This document shows positions 9,753-18,128 of a DNA stretch of 62,786 nt, piece after piece. The translations under genes were made by a program, and so were the position numbers. This stretch comes from an uncultured Gemmatimonadota bacterium (GTDB lineage Bacteria; GCA-2686955), in the NCBI GenBank assembly GCA_964490075.1, contig CAZBBK010000008.1, positions 62,001 to 124,786 of the forward strand, given 5' to 3'. The notes beneath the pieces are model-generated. The model ran no database searches. It saw nothing but the letters and a program-made list of their open reading frames with translations, and was not told where the DNA came from. How positions within the stretch are numbered: the stretch's first letter is position 1; each line of letters starts with the position of its first letter.

Positions 9753-11216
9753 GTGCCTGGCGAGTCAACCAAGGATCCAGGGGGGTATCGAGACTATTTC
9801 GATGCTTTGCCCTGCTACTTGACCGTTCAGGACCGCGATCTGCGGGTGATTCGAGCCAATCGGTTCTTTGAACAGGACTTCGGCAGACACGGCAATCGGC
9901 ACTGCTACGAACTCTTGAAGGGCAGCTCTGAAAGGTGTGATCTGTGTCCGGTGGCGGCCTCCTTCGAAGACGGCAGGCGACACCGAGTTGCAGAGGAAGT
10001 CAGGTGTCGCGACGGACGGTTGTTGACAGTGCTGGTCCATACCACGCCGATCACCGATGCCGAGGGGCAAGTGACTTCAGTGCTGCAAATGGGCACGGAT
10101 ATTACCAGCATGAGGCGTCTACAGGAGAGTTTGGCGGAGAGCCAGGAGCGGTATCGGCTGCTGTTCGGTTCCGTACCGTGCTACATCTCGATCCAGGATA
10201 GAGACCTGCGCATCCTGGAGGCGAACCGCCTATTCAAGGAGGAGTTCGGAGACGATATCGGAGCGAAGTGCTACGAGATCTACAAGCATAGAACCGAGCA
10301 ATGTGTGCCTTGTCCGGTGCAGGATACATTCCGAGATGGCAAGGTGCATCACAGCGAAGAGGCGGTGACTTCGCGATCCGGCCGGGAGATCAACACCATG
10401 GTCTACTCGGCGCCGATCGTCGATTCTGAAGGCGGAATCAAGTCGGTGATGGAGATGAGCGCGGACATTACGCCGATCCGCGAGCTGCAGTCGCAGCTGG
10501 AGTCGATTGGTCTGTTGATCAGCTCGGTTTCGCATGGCGTGAGAGGACTTCTGAACGGCCTGGACGGCGGCATGTACTTGCTGAAGACCGGTGTTTCGAA
10601 GGGCATCCGGAAGCGGCAGGATCAAGGCCTGGAAATGGTCCAGAGGAATGTCGACCGGATTCGCGGCATGGTCATGAACATCCTCTACTACGCAAAGGAG
10701 AGAACACCCAACTTAGAAGCCATCTCTGCCCGAGAGATCGCCGAAGAGGCGATTTCGGTCATCGAAGGCCAGGCAGAGCAGCTCGCCATTGGGTTGAAAC
10801 TGGAAATCGCCGATGCGGCCGGGGAGTTCCAGGCCGATCGACAGGCTGTGCGCTCGTTGCTCATCAATCTCTTGGAGAATGGTCTGGACGCATGCCGAGT
10901 CAAGGCTGGAGAGAGAGCGGGCGAAGTGGGACTGGTGGTGCGAGATGAGGGCGGTCGGGTCACCTTCGAAGTCTCCGACAATGGCATCGGCATGGACAGA
11001 GAGACGAAAGAGAAGGCATTTGGCCTCTTCTTCACGTCAAAGGGAGTGAAGGGGACAGGCCTGGGGCTCTTCATCGCGAACAAAATCGCGATGGCGCACG
11101 GTGGGGAGGTCGAGCTGGAGTCCGAGGAGGGACAAGGAACACGAATCACCGTAGTAATCCCCCGCTCGTCCGTCGAGAAGAAGGGCGAGCAGGAACGGCA
11201 TGGGTCTTCGCCATGA
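9753..11216 (+). CDS. Cytoplasmic sensor histidine kinase with two Cys-rich PAS domains
   Basis: Two PAS repeats (PCY...CY-x9-CxxCP), H-box VSHGVRG, N-box NLLENG, DNGIGM, FFTSK, GTGLGL; no TM segment. Confidence 0.92.
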   Translation: MPGESTKDPGGYRDYFDALPCYLTVQDRDLRVIRANRFFEQDFGRHGNRHCYELLKGSSERCDLCPVAASFEDGRRHRVAEEVRCRDGRLLTVLVHTTPITDAEGQVTSVLQMGTDITSMRRLQESLAESQERYRLLFGSVPCYISIQDRDLRILEANRLFKEEFGDDIGAKCYEIYKHRTEQCVPCPVQDTFRDGKVHHSEEAVTSRSGREINTMVYSAPIVDSEGGIKSVMEMSADITPIRELQSQLESIGLLISSVSHGVRGLLNGLDGGMYLLKTGVSKGIRKRQDQGLEMVQRNVDRIRGMVMNILYYAKERTPNLEAISAREIAEEAISVIEGQAEQLAIGLKLEIADAAGEFQADRQAVRSLLINLLENGLDACRVKAGERAGEVGLVVRDEGGRVTFEVSDNGIGMDRETKEKAFGLFFTSKGVKGTGLGLFIANKIAMAHGGEVELESEEGQGTRITVVIPRSSVEKKGEQERHGSSP

Positions 11217-11241
11217 GTGGCGGAAAGGCAGGCTGCAGGCA

Positions 11242-11631
11242 ATGGCAGATATGAAGACGGTCCTGATCGTGGACGACGAGCCGGACACAAGGACCTTCCT
11301 CCAGGTTCTGCTGGAGGACAATGGCTATGCCACGATTCTAGCAGGAGACGGCAACCAGGCGATCGAGAAGGTCAAGGAAGAAGCCCCTGACCTGATTTCT
11401 CTGGACATCACGATGCCGGAGAAGAGCGGAGTGAGGTTTTACCGCGAGATGAAGGAGAGCTCCGCGTGGGGCGCCATCCCGATCATCATCGTTACAGGAA
11501 TTTCAGGCGATTTCGAGCGCTTCATATCGACGCGACGCAAGGTACCGCCGCCCGACGGCTACATTTCCAAGCCGGTGGACAAGGCGAGTTTTCTCGATCT
11601 GGTCGCAAAACTGACGGAACGCCGAGGATGA
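11242..11631 (+). CDS. Single-domain response regulator (receiver only)
   Basis: VLIVDDE, DLISLDITMP, VTG, SKP; no output domain. Confidence 0.92.
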   Translation: MADMKTVLIVDDEPDTRTFLQVLLEDNGYATILAGDGNQAIEKVKEEAPDLISLDITMPEKSGVRFYREMKESSAWGAIPIIIVTGISGDFERFISTRRKVPPPDGYISKPVDKASFLDLVAKLTERRG

Positions 11632-11707
11632 AGGAGTACGGGGGAAGTCTCAACCTACCAACGCCTGGCAGAAAAGGCGGCTGTCACGCGGATCGGAAAG
11701 AAGCACT

Positions 11708-12664
11708 ATGATGGCACAGCTTCCCTACATTGCCGTCTATCTGGCAGCGGGGGCCTTTGTGGTCGCTGTGGTCGCGCGAGTTCTCATGTGGTCCAGGATG
11801 CCTTTGCATCTGCGCTGGGAGCTGTACCCGGTCGCTCATGAGGGGTCGCGGGCTCACTATGGTGGGTCCTACCTGGAAGAGGTGGATTGGTGGAAGAAGC
11901 CGAGGGAGGTCTCCTTGCTGGGGGAGCTCAAGGTCATGCTTCCGGAGATTTTGTTTCTGGTGGCGCTCAAGGAGCACAACAGGAAGCTCTGGCTACGCTC
12001 TTTTCCTTTCCATTTCGGCATCTACTTGTGCATTGTCTCGCTCCTCGCCATGTTCGGCGCCGGCGTCTTGACCGCGCTCTTGCCCGCGGCCATAGAGGGG
12101 AGTTTGGGCGCGGCAATCCAACAAGTGGCGCGAATCACCGCGATCGCGGGCCTCGGCCTTGGGATCCTGGGCGCGCTGGGATTGCTGCAGCGACGTCTGA
12201 GCGCGTCGGAGCTGAGGGAGTTCACGGCCGGCGCAGATCTGTTCAACCTTGCCTTCTTCGTGGTCGCCTTCGGGACCGGTCTGCTCAGCGTGATCTTATT
12301 CGATCCGGAGTTCTCTGGATCGATGGCCTTCTTTGCAAATCTAGTGCGGGGCAATATCGAACCGACTGCGGCCACAGGTCTCGGCGCCGTTCTGCCGACG
12401 CTTTCGGTGGTTCTGCTCAGCGCTCTGGTGATCTACATCCCGTTGACCCACATGTCGCATTTCGTCGGCAAGTTTTTCGCCTATCACCAGATCCGCTGGG
12501 CCGACAAGCCGAACCTCAGCGGTGGACCGGAGGAGAAGGCGATCAACCAGAACTTGCAGCGTAAGGTCAGCTGGGCAGCGCCTCACATCGAGGGCAAAGG
12601 CAGCAAGACATGGGCGGACCTCGCTACGGAGCTTCCGTCCGCCGAGCAGAAGGAAAAGAAGTGA
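11708..12664 (+). CDS. dsrM: DsrM-like membrane cytochrome b (NarI/HdrE family)
   Basis: MPLHLRWELYPVAHE..YGGSY, FPFHFGIY, YIPLTHMSHF; multiple TM helices; coupled to a dsrK-like gene. Orthology to true DsrM is not proven. Confidence 0.75.
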   Translation: MMAQLPYIAVYLAAGAFVVAVVARVLMWSRMPLHLRWELYPVAHEGSRAHYGGSYLEEVDWWKKPREVSLLGELKVMLPEILFLVALKEHNRKLWLRSFPFHFGIYLCIVSLLAMFGAGVLTALLPAAIEGSLGAAIQQVARITAIAGLGLGILGALGLLQRRLSASELREFTAGADLFNLAFFVVAFGTGLLSVILFDPEFSGSMAFFANLVRGNIEPTAATGLGAVLPTLSVVLLSALVIYIPLTHMSHFVGKFFAYHQIRWADKPNLSGGPEEKAINQNLQRKVSWAAPHIEGKGSKTWADLATELPSAEQKEKK

Positions 12665-14262
12665 AATCCGGCACGCGCCTTGATGACATATCCAAGGGTC
12701 ATGGACCGATCGGACATCTCGACCTCGAAGCCCAAGCGCCGCTTCCTCCCCCCTTCGACAAGCTCGAGGAGGAGCCGCCCTTCTCGCCTCTGACCGAGAA
12801 GGCGCTCGAGCGATTCGAGCAGTTGGATGATACGATAGCCGTTAGCATTCCGAAACCGACCAGCAAAGAGGAGGAGGACCGGCTGGTCGGGTTGTTTCTG
12901 AGCGGATTGAAGAGGTGTTTCAGCGAAGACGACAACTGGACGTTTTTGCAGCCGCTGGTGCTCTCGATGGAGCACTGCGCCAAGTGTCAGACCTGCAACG
13001 AAGCCTGCCACATCTACGAGGAGAGCGGACGCAATCCGCTGTACCGTCCAACCTATCGGTCAGAGGTGTTGCGGAGAATCTACCATAAGTACATCCGCGG
13101 TGGTTCGCCATGGGTTCGCGGAGACGTGGATTTGAACTGGAAGACCGTCGCTCGACTGATCGAGCTGTCTTTTCGCTGCAATGTCTGCCGGCGCTGCGCT
13201 CAAACTTGTCCTATCGGCGTAGACAATGCGTTGCTGGCGCGGGAGATCCGCAAGATCGCCAGCCAGGAGATGGGCATCACCGCCAACGAGCTGCACCAGG
13301 ATGGCTCGGTGCTGCAGCTGAGGGTCGGCTCATCGACCGGCATGAACGCTCTGGTGTTCAAGGACAACATGGAATTCATCGACGAGGACACGTCGGAGAA
13401 GACCGGAGTCGACGTCGCAACGCCGATCGACCAGGAGGGCGCGGATATCCTCCTGATTCACAATGCCGGCGAGATCATGTCCTGGCCCGAAAACGTGGGC
13501 GCCTTCTCACTCCTGTTCAACAGGGCGGGCCTGAGTTGGACGATGTCGAGCGAGCTCGCCGCCTACGACAGCATCAACTATGGTGTCTGGTACGACGATG
13601 TCCAATTCGCCAGAACGGCGTTGCTCCACGCTCAAGCAGCGAAGAACCTGGGCGTCAAGAAGATCGTTCTCGGGGAGTGCGGCCACGCGCACAAGGCGCT
13701 AACCGTCATCGCGGACAAGGTGCTGACCGGCGAACTGAACATCCCGCGAGAAAGCTGCATGCCCCTGCTGCGCGACATCGTGAAGTCGGGCAAGATCGAG
13801 TTCGACAAGAGCCGAAACAGCTTTCCCGTAACGCTGCACGACCCCTGCAACTATGTACGGCTGATGGGCATCGTGAGCCCGCAGCGAGAAGTCATCGACG
13901 AGATCGTTCCGGAAGGTCGGTTCAGGGAAATGGCGCCGAACGGCGTTGAGAACTACTGCTGCGGAGGAGGATCAGGCTTCGCGATCATGAGCGCCCATAA
14001 CTTCACCGATTGGCGCCATCGCGTGTCGGGGCGACGCAAGTTCCGGCAGGTTCTGGAGGCCTTTCGGGGTGAGACCATGGACGTCGATCACCCGAAGTAC
14101 CTCTGCGCTCCCTGCAGCAACTGCAAGGGCCAATTGAGAGACATCATCACCTACTACGATGCCTGGGAGAAGGCGGGTATCTACTACAGCGGCCTGGTCG
14201 AGTTGATCGTCAACGCGATGGTCGATGTTAATCCAGGCTTCATAGATTGGGAATGGCACTGA
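12661..14262 (+). CDS. dsrK: DsrK-like Fe-S/CCG catalytic subunit
   Basis: CAKCQTCNEAC, CNVCRRCAQTCP, GECGHAHK, HDPCN, YCCGGGSG, APCSNC; GTG start overlaps the dsrM stop (GTGA). Confidence 0.8.
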   Translation: MKSGTRLDDISKGHGPIGHLDLEAQAPLPPPFDKLEEEPPFSPLTEKALERFEQLDDTIAVSIPKPTSKEEEDRLVGLFLSGLKRCFSEDDNWTFLQPLVLSMEHCAKCQTCNEACHIYEESGRNPLYRPTYRSEVLRRIYHKYIRGGSPWVRGDVDLNWKTVARLIELSFRCNVCRRCAQTCPIGVDNALLAREIRKIASQEMGITANELHQDGSVLQLRVGSSTGMNALVFKDNMEFIDEDTSEKTGVDVATPIDQEGADILLIHNAGEIMSWPENVGAFSLLFNRAGLSWTMSSELAAYDSINYGVWYDDVQFARTALLHAQAAKNLGVKKIVLGECGHAHKALTVIADKVLTGELNIPRESCMPLLRDIVKSGKIEFDKSRNSFPVTLHDPCNYVRLMGIVSPQREVIDEIVPEGRFREMAPNGVENYCCGGGSGFAIMSAHNFTDWRHRVSGRRKFRQVLEAFRGETMDVDHPKYLCAPCSNCKGQLRDIITYYDAWEKAGIYYSGLVELIVNAMVDVNPGFIDWEWH

Positions 14263-14270
14263 GCGACGCA

Positions 14271-15140
14271 ATGGATCCAATTCGAGTACTGCTGGTCGAC
14301 GACGAGATCGATTTCGCGGAAGCCTTGGCCATGCGATTGGAGGCAGCCGGCTACGACGCCCGTGCCGTGGACAGCGGTGCGGATGCGCTGGAGCTTTTGG
14401 CAACGACCGACATGGACGTGGTTCTCCTCGATCTGGTGATGCCGGGATTGAGCGGAATCGACGTATTGCGGAGAATCAAGGATGACTGGCCCCTGATCGA
14501 AGTACTGCTCTTGACCGGAAAGGGTGCGGAGAAGGAGGCGATCGAGGCCATGCGCAGGGGCGCGTACGATTTCCTCGTGAAGCCTCCTGAGTTCGAGGGC
14601 GTGAAGGCGAGGATAGAAGGAGCGTTCGTCAGGGTTCAGAAACAGCGCGAGCGGATCGCGAAGGCCCAGGAAGCGAGCGGGATTGGTGCGCAGGTCGAAG
14701 CGACCGAGGAAGCTGGCGCCGAAGATGGCGTCAGAGAGGGCCGCGAGACCGGCAGGCTTCTGGCGGTGAGCACCCAAGCCGAGTTCTCGGGACAGCTGAT
14801 CGACTACGCTCTCGACATGGCGCAGAGAATCTCGGCCGAGGTGATTGCCTTGAACGCGGCGGGAATAGCGACCGACACGTTCGACGCCTTCCCGACGGCG
14901 AAACAACGTGTGTTGGCCGACTACCAGTCACTCTGCAAAGAGTCGATCGGGGAGTTCCGTCGTCAAGCCGACGAGCGAGAGATCCCATTTCATCACATCG
15001 TGAAGCCGAACGACGTCGCCGAGGCGATCCACGAGATCCAGGCGGAGATCGGGCAGGTCGACTTCGTGCTGTCTACCTCTACTGATGACGCGATGATCGA
15101 AAGCTCCAAGCCTACGATATTGGTATACTCACCGACTTGA
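14271..15140 (+). CDS. Receiver domain fused to a universal-stress-protein-like C-terminal domain
   Basis: VLLVDDE..VVLLDLVMPG..LLTG..VKP; C-terminal LLAVS..LIDYALDMAQRISAEVIALN..FHHIVK..VDFVLS resembles the USP fold. Confidence 0.75.
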   Translation: MDPIRVLLVDDEIDFAEALAMRLEAAGYDARAVDSGADALELLATTDMDVVLLDLVMPGLSGIDVLRRIKDDWPLIEVLLLTGKGAEKEAIEAMRRGAYDFLVKPPEFEGVKARIEGAFVRVQKQRERIAKAQEASGIGAQVEATEEAGAEDGVREGRETGRLLAVSTQAEFSGQLIDYALDMAQRISAEVIALNAAGIATDTFDAFPTAKQRVLADYQSLCKESIGEFRRQADEREIPFHHIVKPNDVAEAIHEIQAEIGQVDFVLSTSTDDAMIESSKPTILVYSPT

Positions 15141-15153
15141 TGAGAGTCACCAA

Positions 15154-15237
15154 ATGGACTCGACCTTCATCTATAGATGCGTGCTGGTTTTGGCGGTATT
15201 CGGCCTGTGCTTTCTCTTTCGCAGAGAGCATCGCTGA
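15154..15237 (+). CDS. Putative 27-aa single-TM small protein (MDSTFIYRCVLVLAVFGLCFLFRREHR)
   Basis: ATG preceded by GAGAG; hydrophobic core and basic C-terminus; fills the gap before the permease; below the ORF-track size cutoff. Confidence 0.4.
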   Translation: MDSTFIYRCVLVLAVFGLCFLFRREHR

Positions 15238-15264
15238 GGATCCAACGGAGAGGTTGTTGGTCAG

Positions 15265-17076
15265 ATGACTCCTGACATGATCTTGACGATGCTGGTCCTG
15301 GTCTGCGTAATCCTCGTTTTCGTATTCGAGTGGGTGCGCGTGGACGTGGTCGGGATCACGATGATGGTGCTGCTGCCCCTGATCGGGTTGATATCACCCG
15401 GCGATGCATTCGTTGGCCTCAGCAGCAACGCCGTGTGTTCGATCATCGCGGTCATCATCATCGGCGCGGGGCTCGACAAGACCGGAGTCATGAACCAGCT
15501 CGCAGCGCCGATCATTCGATTGGCCGGGGAAAGCGAGAAGAGAATCGTCATTCTGATCTCCGGAACCGTCGGCGTCATCTCGAGCATGATGCAGAATATC
15601 GGCGCGGCGGCGCTCTTCTTGCCCGCGGCGCAGCGGATTGGCAAGCGAGTCGGAGTGCCGGTCTCGCGGATCCTGATGCCGATGGGGTTTTGCGCGATCA
15701 TCGGCGGGACATTGACGCTGGTGGGAGCGAGCCCGACGATTCTGCTCAACGATCTCATGATCCTCGAAGGGCAGAAGCTGGAGCCCTTCGGGCTCTTTAC
15801 GCAAACCCCTATCGGTATCTGCCTTCTGGCGACCGCGATTCTTTACTTCGTGGTGCTGGGGCGGTTCATTCTGCCCGCCTCCGATGGCGAGGTGGATCGA
15901 GGCATCACCGCTTCGATTTCGGAGACCTACCAGCCCCTGGCCAAGACTTACGAGCTGCACATCCCAGAGGACTTCGGGGAGACTCGGACGCTGGCCGAGC
16001 TCGAAATCCGCACCGGGTTCCTGGTCACAGTGATCGGAATCAACCACGCGAGCCTGGGCCGCAAGAACATGGTCCCGCGCAGATACGATGCGATCTCTGG
16101 TGGGGATGATGTCGCCGTGGTGGGAGGGGAGAAGCAGGTTCGGGCGTTGGCGCAGGAGAAGGGGTGGATTCTGCGCGAAGATCTGGAGGTGTTCAGCGAA
16201 CACCTGTCGCGAATGAGCTCGGGAATGACGGAGACGGTCGTCGCCCATCGATCGGAGCTGATCGGCAAGACCTTGAACGAAGTCAATTTCAAAGAGGACT
16301 TCAGGGTGAACCCGCTCGCACTGATGAAGGGCAACCGCATCTACTACACGGGACTGGGGCACATCAAACTGCAGGTGGGAGATACTCTGCTGCTACAAGG
16401 AGGCTGGGGGCAATTTCATCGGCTGAAGAACTTGCCGCAACCGCGAGCTCTCACCTTCTCGACACCCCTGGAGGGAGAGATCCTGCGCCCGGGCAAGGCC
16501 CGGCTGGCGGTCTTCTGGCTGCTGCTCGCGCTCGCCCAGATCATCTTCTTCAAGGTGCAGCTCTCCGTTGCCTTGATGTCGGGCGCATTGGGCATGATCA
16601 TCACCGGAGTGCTGACGATCGATGAAGCCTATCGATCGGTCGATTGGATGACGGTGTTTCTCTTGGCCGGTCTGATCCCTCTGGGGATTGCGTTTGAGCA
16701 ATCGGGCACCGCAGCGTTCATCGCCCATTGGGTTCTGGGGTTGGTGGGGGAGCCCTCGCCGATCGTTCTGTTGGGTGTCGTTGGATTAATGACATCTTTC
16801 TTCACCTTGGTGGTGTCGAATGTCGGAGCAACAGTGTTGCTGGTACCGCTGTGTATGAATATGGCGGTGATGGCGGGAGGTGACCCACGGATGGCGGCAT
16901 TGGTGGTTGGGCTCTCGGCGTCGAATACCTTCGTGCTGCCGACTCACCAGGTAAACGCGCTGGTGATGAGGCCGGGGCGCTACCGCACGCTGGACTACGC
17001 GAAGGCTGGTGCGGGCATGACGGTGCTCTTCTTGGCTGTAGAACTCACGGTGCTCTACCTGTTCTACGGCGTCTGA
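15265..17076 (+). CDS. SLC13/DASS-family permease with TrkA-C domains (candidate sulfate or dicarboxylate transporter)
   Basis: RVDVVG, GLDKTG, MQNIGAAALFLP, GGTLTLVGASPTILL, central soluble domains, SNVGATVLL, PTHQVNALV. Confidence 0.9.
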   Translation: MTPDMILTMLVLVCVILVFVFEWVRVDVVGITMMVLLPLIGLISPGDAFVGLSSNAVCSIIAVIIIGAGLDKTGVMNQLAAPIIRLAGESEKRIVILISGTVGVISSMMQNIGAAALFLPAAQRIGKRVGVPVSRILMPMGFCAIIGGTLTLVGASPTILLNDLMILEGQKLEPFGLFTQTPIGICLLATAILYFVVLGRFILPASDGEVDRGITASISETYQPLAKTYELHIPEDFGETRTLAELEIRTGFLVTVIGINHASLGRKNMVPRRYDAISGGDDVAVVGGEKQVRALAQEKGWILREDLEVFSEHLSRMSSGMTETVVAHRSELIGKTLNEVNFKEDFRVNPLALMKGNRIYYTGLGHIKLQVGDTLLLQGGWGQFHRLKNLPQPRALTFSTPLEGEILRPGKARLAVFWLLLALAQIIFFKVQLSVALMSGALGMIITGVLTIDEAYRSVDWMTVFLLAGLIPLGIAFEQSGTAAFIAHWVLGLVGEPSPIVLLGVVGLMTSFFTLVVSNVGATVLLVPLCMNMAVMAGGDPRMAALVVGLSASNTFVLPTHQVNALVMRPGRYRTLDYAKAGAGMTVLFLAVELTVLYLFYGV

Positions 17077-17085
17077 ACCAGGCGG

Positions 17086-17889
17086 CTAGGCTACGAGCAG
17101 AGCGCTGACCCTGACGGCATCAAGCGGACGATGAGAGGCGGAAGCGTCGGAGCTCTGGTCGATGAGGCCCTTCACGACCTGCTCGGCCGAATCTTGTGCC
17201 TCGGCCGCATCCTGGAACGTCGACGGATCCCAGGGCAAGGTGGAGGTGGCGGCCTCGATGTTGGATCTGGCTACCTCGGCCGCGTGGCGGGCCGGCGCGA
17301 GTTGCTTCCTCGCAAACTGGGAGAGCTGCGCTCGCATGGAGCGAATCGCGTGCAGCGCCCGTTCCGAGGCCGCCACGCTGGTTCGGGCGCTGCCGATGCT
17401 GTCGAGGGCAAGATCGCCCTCCACCTCTCTCGCGACCGACCGCAGATCACGGGGCGGAAACTCGATCGTTCCGCGTGCGGTCTCGATCGACACGCGGGGC
17501 TGATCCGAGCGGGAATCGGCGGCGAGATCGCGCATGTAGCGCATGAGCTCGTGGACGCGGGCCTGGACCTCTGCGCGGCTCCAGATGTCTTTGACGCTGG
17601 TCTCCCCGGACCGCGCAGCCAGTGCCCGCAGTTCTTCGAGAGCGCCGGACATCTTGCGCGCGGAATGGCCGACTCGGGCGGTTTCCCGTGCAGCGCCTTC
17701 GAGCTCCTCGATCTCCGCGTCGTGGGCCACGAAATCGTTGGTGAGCCGTGCCTCGAACGAGAGCGGCGTGGTCTCGAACGGCTTTGGCGCGGACGTGGCG
17801 GTGACGTCGCGGGTCAGGCCGCGGAGCTCTCTGGGACTCCATATCTGTGTGGGGGGGCGGATGTTCCCCGCGGATTCAAGTGGGTTCAT
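17086..17889 (-). CDS. Divergent flagellin-like helical protein
   Basis: LEELRALAARS..RAEVQARVHEL resembles the flagellin N-D1 helix; ALHAIRSMRAQL..NIEAATS..QDAAEA..VSALL resembles the C-terminal D1/D0 region. AGGAG RBS favours ATG 17889. Confidence 0.55.
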   Translation of the reverse strand: MNPLESAGNIRPPTQIWSPRELRGLTRDVTATSAPKPFETTPLSFEARLTNDFVAHDAEIEELEGAARETARVGHSARKMSGALEELRALAARSGETSVKDIWSRAEVQARVHELMRYMRDLAADSRSDQPRVSIETARGTIEFPPRDLRSVAREVEGDLALDSIGSARTSVAASERALHAIRSMRAQLSQFARKQLAPARHAAEVARSNIEAATSTLPWDPSTFQDAAEAQDSAEQVVKGLIDQSSDASASHRPLDAVRVSALLVA

Positions 17890-17926
17890 GACCATCTCCT
17901 AATGCCCCAAGTCATTCAAGGAGATT

Positions 17927-17942
17927 TGCAATTGCCGTGCCA
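17927..17942 (-). promoter_or_regulatory. sigma54 (-24/-12) promoter of the flagellin-like gene
   Basis: Minus strand reads TGGCACGGCAATTGCA, matching consensus TGGCAC-N5-TTGCA. Confidence 0.85.
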
Positions 17943-18022
17943 GCGTAAGTGGCGGCGAATCAATGCGTCGAACCGGGGATCTGGCTCAGGGAACGAACAC
18001 CCTGTTCAGCGGTCGATCAGTG

Positions 18023-18041
18023 CTGTGCGAGATGTGCACAG
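18023..18041. promoter_or_regulatory. Candidate upstream activator site (palindrome CTGTGC-N7-GCACAG)
   Basis: Inverted repeat about 80-100 bp upstream of the sigma54 promoter, where enhancer-binding-protein sites usually lie. Confidence 0.35.
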
Positions 18042-18128
18042 GATCACTCCAAGCGGTCAATCGGAGCATCCTGGAAGCCGGTTATATAGGACCGCGGCAT
18101 TCGTCCATTGTCGCGTCAGAGAAGTCGG

